NCBI GenBank assembly: GCA_039630245.1
Contig: JBCNVK010000003.1
Coordinates: 88,754-152,753, forward strand
Direction: 5' to 3'
Source of the DNA: Bacteroidia bacterium
Lineage (GTDB): Bacteria > Bacteroidota > Bacteroidia > SpSt-205
Length of the DNA: 64,000 nucleotides
Program-made: the position numbers and the translations under genes
Part shown: piece after piece, positions 54,239 through 64,000 of the stretch
Layout of the letters: every line of letters begins with the position of its first letter
Position numbering within the stretch: the first letter of the stretch is position 1
Notes under the pieces: model-generated
Databases searched by the model: none
What the model saw: the letters and a program-made list of their open reading frames with translations, nothing else
What the model was told of the DNA's origin: nothing

Positions 54239-56342
54239 AGACGTGCGTACATACCGTACGCGCCCGAATTTCCTCCGGATCAAGCGTCATTGGCTTGCAC
54301 TGGCGCTTGAGGTAAAGCGGGAGCTGGTCGTCGTAGTGCGGACTATTCGGTCTACCTGAAATCCCTAAAGGTAGCACCGACTCCACCTGCGGATAGGGCG
54401 CATCCCGCCGGAACCGTACGAACTGAATATAGGTATCTCCCGCCACGACCCGCAAAAATCCTCTTTTCTCATCCCAAATGGCATAGGTGGGCGCAAGCTG
54501 CTCAGGCAGGCCATCAAAGGGATACCGCTTGCCTTTTATTTCTAGCGCCTGTACTCTCTCTAAGGGCGGGGCGATATCTCGGTAGTAGCGGTAGAGCTGC
54601 TGCGTAGCATAGCGCAGGGACTCCCACAGGAGTTGGGCGGAGATAGTAGCTTTACCCTCTTCTAGCCAGTTGTAAGCTGGGAGGCCAGCTTTCTTGAGGG
54701 CATAGGCTACGGCGAGGCTGAGGAGGGAAGCAGCCCGGCTGCGTCCACTTCCCGACAGGTCCCAAGTGCGAATAACCCCCAGCGCTTCCCGCAAAGGCGG
54801 GGCAGCCGTATCAGGCAGGCTTGCATACGAAATCCATATCCGCTCTAAAGGCCCCTGGCGCGGGTATTGGCGGTCGTACTTGATTGCCTTGAAGTCTTCC
54901 CACGAAATCCGCTCTTTGGCGAAAATTAGCTCATGCAGGCGGCGCTCGCGATTATTATGCCTATTCCACTCCCAGGCGTGGTACGGAGGAAAGTCCGCCT
55001 GCCGCGGCGCCTCTTCGGGACAGGTCGTGCCAAAGGGGCTATTATTGACGCTGAATACTACGCCGCACTTAGGTGCCAAAACCTGTGGAAGTTCCTCAAT
55101 CGTTAGATAGCGCTTCCATAGAGTGGCGGTGGTGTCGCCCGGCAGTACCCCTTGCCAGTTGTACCCAGGCCCGCGCTCAGGTAGGAGGGCGTTGAAGAGG
55201 TAGTAAATTGTATCCTGGCGGTCGGCATACACGATGTTGAAGAGGGGTATGCCTTGCAGGCGGAGGGCTTGGTAAAACTCCGTGAAGGAGCGCGCCTTGC
55301 CCATTTCGTACCACTGCTGGGGCGCGCGGAAGAAGCGCTCGGCCGCAAAGCGTAGGGCATATACGCCTTTCTTTGTTCGCACAATAGGGCCGAAGCGGCT
55401 GCGCTCTATCTTCTGGCGAATCGGAATCACAGGCCCACGGGCGCGCTTGAGGCCGCCTACGGGCCAGCCATGGACAAATTCTATGCGTCGTCCAATCAAG
55501 CGTACATGCAGCCAGACCTGCTCCTCTTGCAGGGTATCCCACCTTCCATCTACCCAGTACACTCGTGGATTTTTAGGGTGCATGCGCAGCCGATAAATAT
55601 CCACGAAGTCGGGCCAGTTGAAGGTCATAGCCCACCCTAAATGCGGGTTAGTGCCGAGGCCAGGCGCCACCGCACCCGGAAAGAACCCTCCCAAAATGTG
55701 CCAGCCCTCCTCGCTATGCAGGAAAGCCTCATACCACCGCAAAAGGCCCTCCAATGGCACATGAGGATTAATCACTAAATAGGTGTGGCCATCGGCCGTA
55801 CGGGCGGAGCTTACCGCTATGCCGTTAGACCCCGCCTGCACCTCAAACGCATAATTTTCCGCTCTACCCTGAAAAACTGCTTGAAGGGCCTGACCTACAC
55901 CGACCATCCCGGCCAGCACAATAATGTAGCCGCGCAGAATGTCCTCTCCCCTTACTGGAAAAAGGGCATTATCTACTACCTCTTTGGGGTGGGCCTGAGC
56001 GTAGGCGTTGAGGCCCTCGGCGTAGCTCTCCAAAATCGCGCGGATAGCAGGAGAGAGGCTGTCATACTGCTGCCGCGCTAGGTGAAAGGCGCCTATAAAA
56101 TGGGCAAAATAGTCCGCCATGGCCCCCGTTTTGCCTAAAAGCCGGCCGAGGCGCCCTTGGGCTACCGCCATGAGATACTGGATGCGGCCGAAGTCATCCT
56201 CGGCGTGCGCCCAAGCTAGCCCGTACGCACAATCCACATCCCGTGTCCCAAAAATGTAAGGGGTCCCGAAACTATCGCGCCGAATTTCCACACGCTGGGC
56301 CAAGGCTAGCCCACTCAAACCTATGAGGAGAAGCCGCCGCAT
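54225..56342 (-). CDS. Penicillin acylase family (Ntn hydrolase, S45)
   Basis: [14 protein letters not shown] nucleophile site, NPH and PHYDDQ motifs. Confidence 0.9.
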   Translation of the reverse strand: MRRLLLIGLSGLALAQRVEIRRDSFGTPYIFGTRDVDCAYGLAWAHAEDDFGRIQYLMAVAQGRLGRLLGKTGAMADYFAHFIGAFHLARQQYDSLSPAIRAILESYAEGLNAYAQAHPKEVVDNALFPVRGEDILRGYIIVLAGMVGVGQALQAVFQGRAENYAFEVQAGSNGIAVSSARTADGHTYLVINPHVPLEGLLRWYEAFLHSEEGWHILGGFFPGAVAPGLGTNPHLGWAMTFNWPDFVDIYRLRMHPKNPRVYWVDGRWDTLQEEQVWLHVRLIGRRIEFVHGWPVGGLKRARGPVIPIRQKIERSRFGPIVRTKKGVYALRFAAERFFRAPQQWYEMGKARSFTEFYQALRLQGIPLFNIVYADRQDTIYYLFNALLPERGPGYNWQGVLPGDTTATLWKRYLTIEELPQVLAPKCGVVFSVNNSPFGTTCPEEAPRQADFPPYHAWEWNRHNNRERRLHELIFAKERISWEDFKAIKYDRQYPRQGPLERIWISYASLPDTAAPPLREALGVIRTWDLSGSGRSRAASLLSLAVAYALKKAGLPAYNWLEEGKATISAQLLWESLRYATQQLYRYYRDIAPPLERVQALEIKGKRYPFDGLPEQLAPTYAIWDEKRGFLRVVAGDTYIQFVRFRRDAPYPQVESVLPLGISGRPNSPHYDDQLPLYLKRQCKPMTLDPEEIRARTVCTHVFMRP

Positions 56343-56371
56343 AAGGGAAATCTACGAAGGGGGCCCTGCCG

Positions 56372-56453
56372 TGCCGAAGGTGGGACTCGAACCCACACGG
56401 GTTTCCCCACACGCTCCTGAGACGTGCGCGTCTACCAATTCCGCCACTTCGGC
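56372..56453 (-). tRNA. tRNA-Leu (CAG), no encoded CCA
   Basis: GCCGAAG..CTTCGGC-A, anticodon loop CTCAGGA, variable arm. Confidence 0.96.
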
Positions 56454-56476
56454 GTCGCGGCAAAACTAAGAAATAT

Positions 56477-57019
56477 TCAGTTAGCTTTAGCTGGCTCGGG
56501 GGCTAAAAGAAGCATATCCAAAAGATGATCCAGCTCTTGGATGTAGGCCGAGATGGGGCGGCCTTCACTTTCCTGCCATCGCTCGCTGATATGCATCAGA
56601 TGGGCCCGGTAGGGTAGCACCTGCATGCCGCAGTAATTCAGTACCCCATTCAGGTGTTCTAAGCCGCGCAGGTTTCCGAATCGTCCGTCCGATAGACCCA
56701 CTAATCCAGCCCACCGCCCCCGAAAGACCTCGCGCGGAAGCGCATCTATGAATACCTTCACCACGCCCGGATAGCTCCCGTTATACTCAGGTACCACCCA
56801 CAGCCACTTCGTAGCTTCATAGAGGACCTCTATAAAGGGCAGAAACTCCTCCGAACGTGCACCAAAAAGGTCGGAAAATAAAAACTCACGCGGTAGATAC
56901 TGAAAATCTAGAAATTGCGCTCTTACCCCGCGCGCTTCTAAGCGGCGCAGTAAGTAAAGAGCTACACGCCGGGTATAGCTCGCTGGGCGGTGGGTACAGG
57001 AAAGCACGACGACGCCCAT
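56477..57019 (-). CDS. NADPH-dependent FMN reductase family flavoprotein
   Basis: [16 protein letters not shown] and [12 protein letters not shown] motifs. Confidence 0.9.
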   Translation of the reverse strand: MGVVVLSCTHRPASYTRRVALYLLRRLEARGVRAQFLDFQYLPREFLFSDLFGARSEEFLPFIEVLYEATKWLWVVPEYNGSYPGVVKVFIDALPREVFRGRWAGLVGLSDGRFGNLRGLEHLNGVLNYCGMQVLPYRAHLMHISERWQESEGRPISAYIQELDHLLDMLLLAPEPAKAN

Positions 57020-57056
57020 GCCTTAAGAACAAAAAATCGCTTCCTAACTTTGTGCC

Positions 57057-57977
57057 GTGTTTCGCACCGGCTTACTTTTAGGCCTACTTCTTGTGGTTAT
57101 CTCAGCCACAGCGGGTTTCTTATACTGGAAGCTGCGTAAATCCGAAAGCCAGCGGATACAGCTTACCGAAGAGAAATTAGAGCTAGAGGCGGAGATTCAA
57201 AGCCTAAATGAAAGAATTAAGGCCATGGAGGCGGAGATTAATCGCAAAGATTTAGAATTAGCTGAAAAATCTAAAAAAGTGGATGAACTCTCTCGCGAAT
57301 TAGCCCAAGCCCGCACACGCCTGCGCAAGTACGAAGAGCAAGGTAAAATATCAGCCCGGGAAGCCGAAGAAATGCGATTCAAGCTTGAACAGATGAGCTA
57401 TTACATTCAGGAGTACCAAGGGCGCATTAGCAAGCTTCAGGAGGAAAATGCCCAATTGCGCGCACGTACGGCCGAATTGGAGAAGCAAATCCAGCAAAAA
57501 GAGATGCAGACCCAGCAGGTTATTCAGGAAAAGGAGCGTTTGGAGATCAAAGTCAAAGCCGCTTCCTACCTCAAGGCTACCGATTTCCGCTTTGCGCTCG
57601 TGAAAGATAATGGAAAAGAAGATTGGGATACAGATTTTCGCGCGCGCCGGCTACACCGGCTAAAAATTTGCTTCACGGTGCTGGAAAATGAAATCGCCGA
57701 ACCGGGCGATCGTACCGCCTACATCGTGATATCGGATCCTAATGGCAAGGTAGTTACGAATTTCAGCAAGGCCACCGAAGGTAGCGGTTACTTCACCGTA
57801 ATGGATACCGAGCAGCCCTTCTCGGCTAAAGCGACCTTCAACTACCAAAAAGCCCGTCAAGAAGTCTGTAGCCTCTACGAAAAGGCGCCTGACCACGAGT
57901 GGGTCAAGGGTACCTATCAAGTAGCCGTATTTTGCGAAGGTGTAGAGATTGGGCGCGGGCGATTTGAACTGCGATGA
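57057..57977 (+). CDS. Membrane-anchored coiled-coil protein with C-terminal beta domain
   Basis: N-terminal TM, long heptad region, LKICFTV.EN..GTYQVAVF; TAACTTTG lies 4 nt upstream. Confidence 0.7.
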   Translation: MFRTGLLLGLLLVVISATAGFLYWKLRKSESQRIQLTEEKLELEAEIQSLNERIKAMEAEINRKDLELAEKSKKVDELSRELAQARTRLRKYEEQGKISAREAEEMRFKLEQMSYYIQEYQGRISKLQEENAQLRARTAELEKQIQQKEMQTQQVIQEKERLEIKVKAASYLKATDFRFALVKDNGKEDWDTDFRARRLHRLKICFTVLENEIAEPGDRTAYIVISDPNGKVVTNFSKATEGSGYFTVMDTEQPFSAKATFNYQKARQEVCSLYEKAPDHEWVKGTYQVAVFCEGVEIGRGRFELR

Positions 57978-60613
57978 GCGCCCTCCTACCTGCGCCCTTA
58001 CAGGAAGCTATAAAGGCGCAGCCCCAGAAAACCTACCTCCTGCCTGATCCTTTCTTAGCCCAAGCGCTTAGTAGTTACTGGCCCGATATAAAGTTTTACG
58101 AGCTCTACACGTGGGCTAGCCTTCAAAAAGGGGTAGCTCTCCCTGATCCCATAGACCTTTATCAGGCCTTTAAGGCGGCTTTTGGCTCTGACCTATCAAA
58201 GCTAGCGGACTTTCCCTTAATTTGGGAAGAGGCCCAAAAGCTGGGTAAAGATTGGGAAGAACTCCTAAAGAGTATCTCGCGGGCTGATTCGGCGATGAAC
58301 TTCTGGGCGCAGCTGGCCAACGAAATGCAGATCATCCTTCGGTACGCCCCCGATACCGAGGAAATGCGCGAGTGGGAGAGCCTCATTTTTTTGCCGCTTG
58401 TCTATGACCAAAAGAAAACGAATTTTTGGGAAAATTTTCTCAGAAAGATAAGGTCTTATTTGGCTTTTCTTTCAAGGAAAAAGCGAGCCTTTGCGGAGAT
58501 GCTTTTACACCAGCTTCTTAAGGAGGAGGCGGCTTGGGAGGGGGTGGTTTTCCTTCACCTCTACGATACCTATCCGCTCTTTGGGGAGCTTCTCAGGTTG
58601 GCTCAAGCGCGCCAGGCAGCGGCTTGGGGATGGGCCTTAGAGCCCCTCAGACAAGCATTACCCGAAATCTGGGGTGATAGGACCGCCCCCGCAGCTCTAG
58701 CCGTTCCCCTGCCTCAGGAGCCTAAGCCTACCTTCCTCTATCGGGTCTTTTCACCCGTAGAAGCCGTGGAAAGGGCGGCCCAAGCCATTCAGGAAGCCGT
58801 GAAGGCCGATCCAACAGCCACCATAGGAGTGCTGTGCGAGCCGACGTATGAGCCGCTTCTTCGGCAATTTTTAGGGGACACTCTGCCTCTTTCCCCTGCC
58901 CCGAGGAGCCTTTGGGAAGGTAGCACAATCGGGGTTCAGCTTGGTCCTTTTGTTGCCGCTGGCCTTCAGGGCCAGTGTCGGACGTGGCCACCTTTCCAGC
59001 CAGCTGACGCTACGCCTTTTGAACAGTATGCCGAAGCCCTCTATAGGCTTTTTACAACGGAGGCTGCACCCGATCGTCCAGAAAATTGGCGGCTCCTTCT
59101 CCACCTTCTCCAGCAGGCCCACAGCCCAAAAGCAGACTTTTCACCCGAGGCAAAGATTTTCATAGGGCGTTTAGCCCAACTGGCTGGCGGCGCTTACGAT
59201 AAGCTCTTTATTGTCTTACCCTCTGCGGAGCCACTGGGCCGATGGGAAAGACCTACCTTCTGGCTGGCTAAGGTGCGACAGCAATTCGCCAGCCGCTTGC
59301 AGCACCAGCGTATTGCCTGGCAGCTCCTCTCCCTCCTGCTGTGGGCCAGTAGGGAGATTTACCTCTGGCGAGAAGCCAGCCCTGCCTCTCAGACGCCCTT
59401 AGAAGAATTCCTACTTCATGCGGAAGAAATCGGCGTAAAGAACCTTTTCAAGGTGAAAGAGCTGGAGCTTTCGCTGCATGCTGCTGAACGCAAGCTGGTA
59501 GCCTCCCCGCCAGCGGCCTCCATCCCCTGGATACCTAATGGCCAGACAACCCCTTCACCTGAAAACCCATTAGGCTTTTCCATCACGGAAAGCCTCAAAC
59601 TGATGAGCTGTCCGCGTCGCTACTATTGGTCTAAGGCTCTTCCTGCTGAAGCGTACGCTGAACCTGCCCGGGCAGGCCAGCTCCTCCATCTGCTTTTAGA
59701 AGAAGCTTTTCAGAGACCAAAGCGCTCCTCCAAAGCCCCGGCTACTTCCCTGCCGGGAGCTTCGTATGCCTTTACGCTGCGTCGGCTGGGCTATAGGCTC
59801 AGTTCACGGCGGCTATTTTATCGTATTGGCCATCTGGAGGTTCTGATGAAGTCGGATAGGCTAGGGTGGCGCCGACTTCTGCCGCGTCAGAGCCGCCTTC
59901 TCCTTCGGCCGCTTTTAGCTGGAGTAGGCCAGCCCCTCCTTCATACCTTCTACGCTCTGCTCAAGACTATGCCGGCTGCAGAGCAGGACCCTAATCTTTG
60001 CTCTTTACCCTTCACAGAGGCGCTTCGTTGGTATCACCTGAAAGAGGAGAAAGAGGATTTCTACCTTTTCCCTGAGCTCTGGCTAGCCTTCCGCTCATTT
60101 CAGGCTACGGCGCGCCTTGATCTTTTGATGTACTTAAAGCAGCCTTCGGACCGATGGATTCTCTTAGACTTCAAAAGCACCTTGCCAGAACCTCTCAAAA
60201 ATAAAAAGAACGAAGAGCTGAAAGATTTCATCGATGAAGCCTTGGAGGGCTTGGGTATTTGGAGAGAAGGGGGGATTCTGGAATTGTCCCTTTGGCAAGA
60301 GGTCTGGGCACAGCTCCTTTTGTACTTAGCGCTTCTGAGGCAGAGGCAGATAGAAGTAGAGGAAGCGGTGATTGTTTCGCTCTGGTGGCGCCCCAGCCGT
60401 AAAAAGGAGAAGCAAAATCCACCCTATGTAAAAGTAGTGCGCGCCGAACTGCCGCCAGACTGGGAGCAGCGCATTTTAGCTCTTTGGAAAGAGCTTGTAG
60501 AGGGACTTCAGGCGAAGCTGCCGCAAGGGATGGAAGCTTTCCCTATGCGCCCACGCGGGACGCTGTGTACCTACTGCGACTACGCTCTGCTATGCGATCG
60601 CCTCAGCTCCTAA
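57974..60613 (+). CDS. PD-(D/E)XK nuclease family protein, AddB/RexB-like
   Basis: S.TE...CPRRYY, GQLLH, RLDL..ILLDFKS, QLLLY and C-terminal CTYCDYALLC (Fe-S staple pattern). Confidence 0.72.
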   Translation: MSALLPAPLQEAIKAQPQKTYLLPDPFLAQALSSYWPDIKFYELYTWASLQKGVALPDPIDLYQAFKAAFGSDLSKLADFPLIWEEAQKLGKDWEELLKSISRADSAMNFWAQLANEMQIILRYAPDTEEMREWESLIFLPLVYDQKKTNFWENFLRKIRSYLAFLSRKKRAFAEMLLHQLLKEEAAWEGVVFLHLYDTYPLFGELLRLAQARQAAAWGWALEPLRQALPEIWGDRTAPAALAVPLPQEPKPTFLYRVFSPVEAVERAAQAIQEAVKADPTATIGVLCEPTYEPLLRQFLGDTLPLSPAPRSLWEGSTIGVQLGPFVAAGLQGQCRTWPPFQPADATPFEQYAEALYRLFTTEAAPDRPENWRLLLHLLQQAHSPKADFSPEAKIFIGRLAQLAGGAYDKLFIVLPSAEPLGRWERPTFWLAKVRQQFASRLQHQRIAWQLLSLLLWASREIYLWREASPASQTPLEEFLLHAEEIGVKNLFKVKELELSLHAAERKLVASPPAASIPWIPNGQTTPSPENPLGFSITESLKLMSCPRRYYWSKALPAEAYAEPARAGQLLHLLLEEAFQRPKRSSKAPATSLPGASYAFTLRRLGYRLSSRRLFYRIGHLEVLMKSDRLGWRRLLPRQSRLLLRPLLAGVGQPLLHTFYALLKTMPAAEQDPNLCSLPFTEALRWYHLKEEKEDFYLFPELWLAFRSFQATARLDLLMYLKQPSDRWILLDFKSTLPEPLKNKKNEELKDFIDEALEGLGIWREGGILELSLWQEVWAQLLLYLALLRQRQIEVEEAVIVSLWWRPSRKKEKQNPPYVKVVRAELPPDWEQRILALWKELVEGLQAKLPQGMEAFPMRPRGTLCTYCDYALLCDRLSS

Positions 60614-61521
60614 AGGATCAGCGACAGCGCGCTACTTGGAAAGGCCACTTAGCTCTTTTAGGACAGACAGCGATTATATGTGGCGGCTATGTCTTTGGGC
60701 GAAAAGCCGCTCAGCATTTTGATCCTTTCCTCCTTACGGGTTTGCGGGCCGTCCTTAGCGGACTTATTTATCTGATGCTCCTGCCTTTCTTAAGGCGGTC
60801 GGGAACCTTTACAACTTCTTGGGCGGCGCTAGAACCTACTTGGCGCCAAAAGCTATGGCGACTAGCCCTGCTGGGCATATTTTTCAACCAGTTTCTCTTC
60901 AATGCGGGACTACGCTACACTACGGCCGCAACGACGGCGCTTATCTATGCCCTGACGCCTTCGGTAGTGTTTTGGCTGAGCGTGTGGGTATTTCGGCGTG
61001 AGCGCTTCCACTGGCGGAAGGTGGCTGGCTTGGTAGCGGCTTATACGGGGGTAGTCTTAGCCCTGTGGCATAACCTCCTGCATGCGGCCCACGGATGGGG
61101 TTGGCTAGCCATTCTGGCTGCTGTGGGCTTTTGGGCTTGGTACCTGCAGATTTCTCCCCCCGTTGTACAGACAATCGGTCCTTTAGGCACGACAGCGCTT
61201 GTGATGATTTTAGGGGCTTTCCTGCACCTGCCTACGCTTATTTTAGGCCTTTGGCGTCAAGAATGGGCGACATTATCAATAGCTGCTTGGGCCAGTCTAG
61301 CCTATCTAGTACTGGGTATGTCCGTGGTAGCCTACCTTTTTCTAAGCCTAGGCTTACGCTACCTGACCCCTACACGAACCGCCCTTTACATAAACCTTCA
61401 GCCTATTGGTACTTTAGTCCTGGCGGCGGCCTTGGGTCAGGAGCCGCTCTCTTGGCAATTGGCTTTAGCCACCCTTCTCACAACTGCGGGCCTTTTTCTT
61501 TTTAGCGATGAGGGACGATGA
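60592..61521 (+). CDS. DMT/EamA family transporter
   Basis: About 10 TM segments, GLRYTTA and YINLQP motifs; start placed at ATG 60592 (ORF track 60484). Confidence 0.88.
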   Translation: MRSPQLLKDQRQRATWKGHLALLGQTAIICGGYVFGRKAAQHFDPFLLTGLRAVLSGLIYLMLLPFLRRSGTFTTSWAALEPTWRQKLWRLALLGIFFNQFLFNAGLRYTTAATTALIYALTPSVVFWLSVWVFRRERFHWRKVAGLVAAYTGVVLALWHNLLHAAHGWGWLAILAAVGFWAWYLQISPPVVQTIGPLGTTALVMILGAFLHLPTLILGLWRQEWATLSIAAWASLAYLVLGMSVVAYLFLSLGLRYLTPTRTALYINLQPIGTLVLAAALGQEPLSWQLALATLLTTAGLFLFSDEGR

Positions 61522-61942
61522 GTACTACATGCGGCTTGCCTTAGAAGAGGCTGAGCGGGCTTGGGCTTTAGGGGAGGTACCGGTGGGTGCTGTATTAGTA
61601 GTAGAGCAGCGGATTGTAGCTAAAGACCACAATCGCACGGAACAGCTTCGCGATCCCACAGCGCATGCCGAGATCCTCTGCCTTACAGCTGCTTGTAGTG
61701 CGCTCCAGAGCAAATACTTACCTCAAGCTACGCTGTATGTTACTTTAGAGCCCTGTGCTATGTGTGCGGCGGCTTTGGGATGGGCCCAGATAGGGCATTT
61801 GGTCTATGGCGCCTCAGACCCGCAAAAGGGCTTCACACGGTACATGCCACCTCTATTGCACCCACGTACCCGGATTCGTCAAGGCATATTGGCCGAAGCC
61901 GCTCAGTACCTGCTTCAAGAGTTTTTCCGCAGCCGCCGCTAG
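61508..61942 (+). CDS. tadA: tRNA adenosine(34) deaminase
   Basis: EVPVGAV, HAE, TLEPCAMC and FFRSRR motifs. Confidence 0.9.
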   Translation: MRDDEYYMRLALEEAERAWALGEVPVGAVLVVEQRIVAKDHNRTEQLRDPTAHAEILCLTAACSALQSKYLPQATLYVTLEPCAMCAAALGWAQIGHLVYGASDPQKGFTRYMPPLLHPRTRIRQGILAEAAQYLLQEFFRSRR

Positions 61943-61993
61943 CTAAACTCGCCATGCAACCTCTTTAGAGGCCCCTTGCGTATTAATAGCGTT

Positions 61994-62206
61994 ATGCGAA
62001 AGATAGTCGTCTTAGTAGGGGCCTTAATGGGCCTAACGCTGGCCGAAGCCAAGATGGTCAGCTCTCTAGAGATAAAAACTTCTTCAGAGACCCACTCGGT
62101 GGTGTCGGTGGATCCCCGCAAAAAAAGAAGCCGAGTTAGGCTGGCTCAGCAGTACTTTGGACGGGGAGGAAAGTGCCGACGCTGGAGTCAGTTCTGTGGG
62201 CGTTGA
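61994..62206 (+). CDS. Small secreted cationic peptide (70 aa)
   Basis: Signal peptide MRKIVVLVGALMGLTLAEA; basic C-terminus with two Cys; followed by a terminator. Confidence 0.6.
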   Translation: MRKIVVLVGALMGLTLAEAKMVSSLEIKTSSETHSVVSVDPRKKRSRVRLAQQYFGRGGKCRRWSQFCGR

Positions 62207-62230
62207 GGCGCTCTTTGATTGAAGGTCTTG

Positions 62231-62266
62231 GGGGAGGGGCAGACTTTCTGCCCCTTCTCACTTTTT
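62231..62266 (+). terminator. Probable intrinsic terminator
   Basis: Stem GGGGAGGGGCAGA-CTT-TCTGCCCCTTCTC followed by ACTTTTT. Confidence 0.7.
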
Positions 62267-62302
62267 CCTAGATACCCCATTTTTTGTACCTTTAGGCCAC
62301 CC

Positions 62303-63370
62303 ATGCGGATGATTGCTTTCTTCTTAGGGCTCGGATGGGCCCAGCTTCAGCTTACTCAGGCCGACCTGCCCAGTGCGGGCGAGCAGTATATAGTCAGCCA
62401 AGCCCGCGCTTCTTTCCAGGTCGACTACCTGGCCACAGGAGCTGGCTACTCGTGGAACTTTGCCCAACTTAGTCCCGATACTCAGCTGAGAGTTGAATGG
62501 AAGCGTCCCACAGAAGTGCCACGGTATATCTTCAACTGCGGTAATCTCAGCTTTCAAGCCCTTCTACTCAAGCTAGCCGATAGCTTGGGTTCTTTTTCAA
62601 CACCTGGTTCTGGTACGATTCAAGCACGGGATTTATACGCATTTTTACGAAAGAGCTCTAGTGAGTTTGCGGTAAATGGTATCGGCGTTACCATAAATGG
62701 CCTTCCCATAACTTCCTGCTACAGAGACCCCGATGAAGTTTATGTCTTGCCTATGCAGTATGGCCGGCGGGATAGTACTACTTTTTGGGTACGCTTTGAC
62801 TTGACTTCACCGGGGGGGGCTCAAATTACTATCTCTCAGCGTGGCTACAGAATTCATCAGGTGGATGGCTATGGGACGGTTACGACTCCTTTAGGTACTT
62901 TTTCTTGTCTGCGCTTGAGGCAAGAGGTGCGCCAGTGGGACACCGTCTTCTTCAATGGACTTCCTGTGCAGCGGCGAGATACGAGCTATACCATTTTAGA
63001 TTGGCTTGGACGCGGGCAAGGGGTTCCACTTGTACGCGTCCAAGGCACCTTTCAGATGAACCGCTTCCTTCCTACGCTCGTGCAATACAAGGATACGCTG
63101 CGCTCTACAGGTTCTCCCACAGCTATGGCGGCGCCGTTTACTTTTCCAACCCTCCAGCCTAATCCTACCCGCGGCATGCTCTATATACCCCTACCTGGGG
63201 CGCGCTACATCCTGCGCAACGTAATCGGCCAAGTAGTGGGGGAAGGAGAAGTCCCACCAGAGGGCAAAATCCTACTTAGCTCCACTCTCCCAAGCGGAGT
63301 TTATTACCTTCAGCTCTTTTACGAAGGCCGAGAAAACTGGCAGCGGTTCGTGCTCCTAAATTCCGATTAA
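62303..63370 (+). CDS. T9SS type A sorting-domain-containing protein
   Basis: Signal peptide ending WA-Q, DGYGTVTTPLGTF, C-terminal PNPT.G..IGQ.V..LPSGVYYLQL. Confidence 0.85.
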   Translation: MRMIAFFLGLGWAQLQLTQADLPSAGEQYIVSQARASFQVDYLATGAGYSWNFAQLSPDTQLRVEWKRPTEVPRYIFNCGNLSFQALLLKLADSLGSFSTPGSGTIQARDLYAFLRKSSSEFAVNGIGVTINGLPITSCYRDPDEVYVLPMQYGRRDSTTFWVRFDLTSPGGAQITISQRGYRIHQVDGYGTVTTPLGTFSCLRLRQEVRQWDTVFFNGLPVQRRDTSYTILDWLGRGQGVPLVRVQGTFQMNRFLPTLVQYKDTLRSTGSPTAMAAPFTFPTLQPNPTRGMLYIPLPGARYILRNVIGQVVGEGEVPPEGKILLSSTLPSGVYYLQLFYEGRENWQRFVLLNSD

Positions 63371-63582
63371 TGGGTAAGTTTCTCTTAGCTACAGGACTTC
63401 TCTTAGCCGCAATAGGTCTTTTTCTTTGGCTATGGGAAACTAAAGGTTTTGCCCTTCCACGGCTACCAGGGGATATAGTTATTGAGCGCGATAATCTCCG
63501 CATCTACTTGCCGTTGGGTACCAGCCTGCTTTTGAGTCTTCTACTCAGTGGGCTTTTCTACCTCCTGCGCCGTACCGGCTAA
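63370..63582 (+). CDS. DUF2905 family membrane protein
   Basis: RLPGDI.IER..IYLPLGTSLLLS motif. Confidence 0.85.
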   Translation: MGKFLLATGLLLAAIGLFLWLWETKGFALPRLPGDIVIERDNLRIYLPLGTSLLLSLLLSGLFYLLRRTG

Positions 63583-63999
63583 GTGCGAACCTACCTCTGG
63601 GTGGATAATTTTTAGAAGCCCTAGAAATACTGTAACGGGATCCCGCATAGGTTCCTCTATCATCCATCGCTCTAAGCTAAATACCCGCTGATGCTGCAAA
63701 GCGGGCGAGATATATAAGTGAGGATACTGATAGAGGAGGGCATTTACTAAGTCTGTTTTGCCAGCGGGAAGGATAAGAATTTCGGGAGGCATGCGCTCCA
63801 TAATTTGAAGGGATTCACGCGGTAGAGGGGTACCGCCAGCCATTTTTATCAGTTCGCTTATGGGATGAGTGGAGTTGGGCACGTAGCCTGAATCCTTACT
63901 ACTTACAACTAATACCCGAAAGAGGCGTTCGGCTTGGGCTTGCTGAGCAAGGCGGGCGACTTCGGTCTGAAGACTTTCGGTTTCTTGCCTAAGATCGGG
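63541..63999 (-). CDS. ABC substrate-binding protein, BtuF/Fe-siderophore-like (5' truncated)
   Basis: Frame is open to the window edge; ISELIKMAGG, ESL..PEILIL, SPAL..RVF and IHPE motifs. Confidence 0.6.
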   Translation of the reverse strand, partial: PDLRQETESLQTEVARLAQQAQAERLFRVLVVSSKDSGYVPNSTHPISELIKMAGGTPLPRESLQIMERMPPEILILPAGKTDLVNALLYQYPHLYISPALQHQRVFSLERWMIEEPMRDPVTVFLGLLKIIHPEVGSHLAGTAQEVEKPTE

Positions 64000-64000
64000 G

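Noticed and set aside
56272-56463. 63-aa ORF on the minus strand
   Set aside because: It overlaps tRNA-Leu(CAG) and the acylase start; shadow ORF

Overview
A 64-kb, very gene-dense stretch of core chromosome from a Bacteroidota bacterium. The evidence is T9SS-type C-terminal domains, TAnnTTTG promoters, Gln+1 signal peptides and a Bacteroidota-type dcw order. A Thermus-like LDH suggests, but does not prove, a hot-spring lineage. The window holds about 50 CDS: a partial dcw cluster, aroC/aroE, mqnE/mqnA, bshC, secDF, cysS, ligA, rng, nrdB, ldh, tadA, an RND pump, a TonB receptor, a PorU-like C25 protease and two GIGT-repeat fibre-like proteins. It also holds 4 tRNAs without encoded CCA and an unannotated bS22 small ORF. 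I saw no mobile elements, CRISPR arrays or rRNA. The most striking feature is the expression architecture. Most transcription-unit heads have a TAnnTTTG-like -7 box only 3-9 nt before the start codon (exactly 4 nt in ten cases), and the box is exactly 7 nt before each of the three tRNA units. No Shine-Dalgarno is visible. Internal genes start inside the upstream CDS, and some CDS start 4-9 nt after a tRNA 3' end. Together this points to a near-leaderless expression system, possibly with tRNA punctuation. Other notable points: unusually short W-x-Q/C signal peptides, a tyrosine-less class Ic-like RNR beta subunit, a PDZ-like insertion in MraY and a small secreted cationic Cys-loop peptide. All family assignments come from motif recognition, not database searches.
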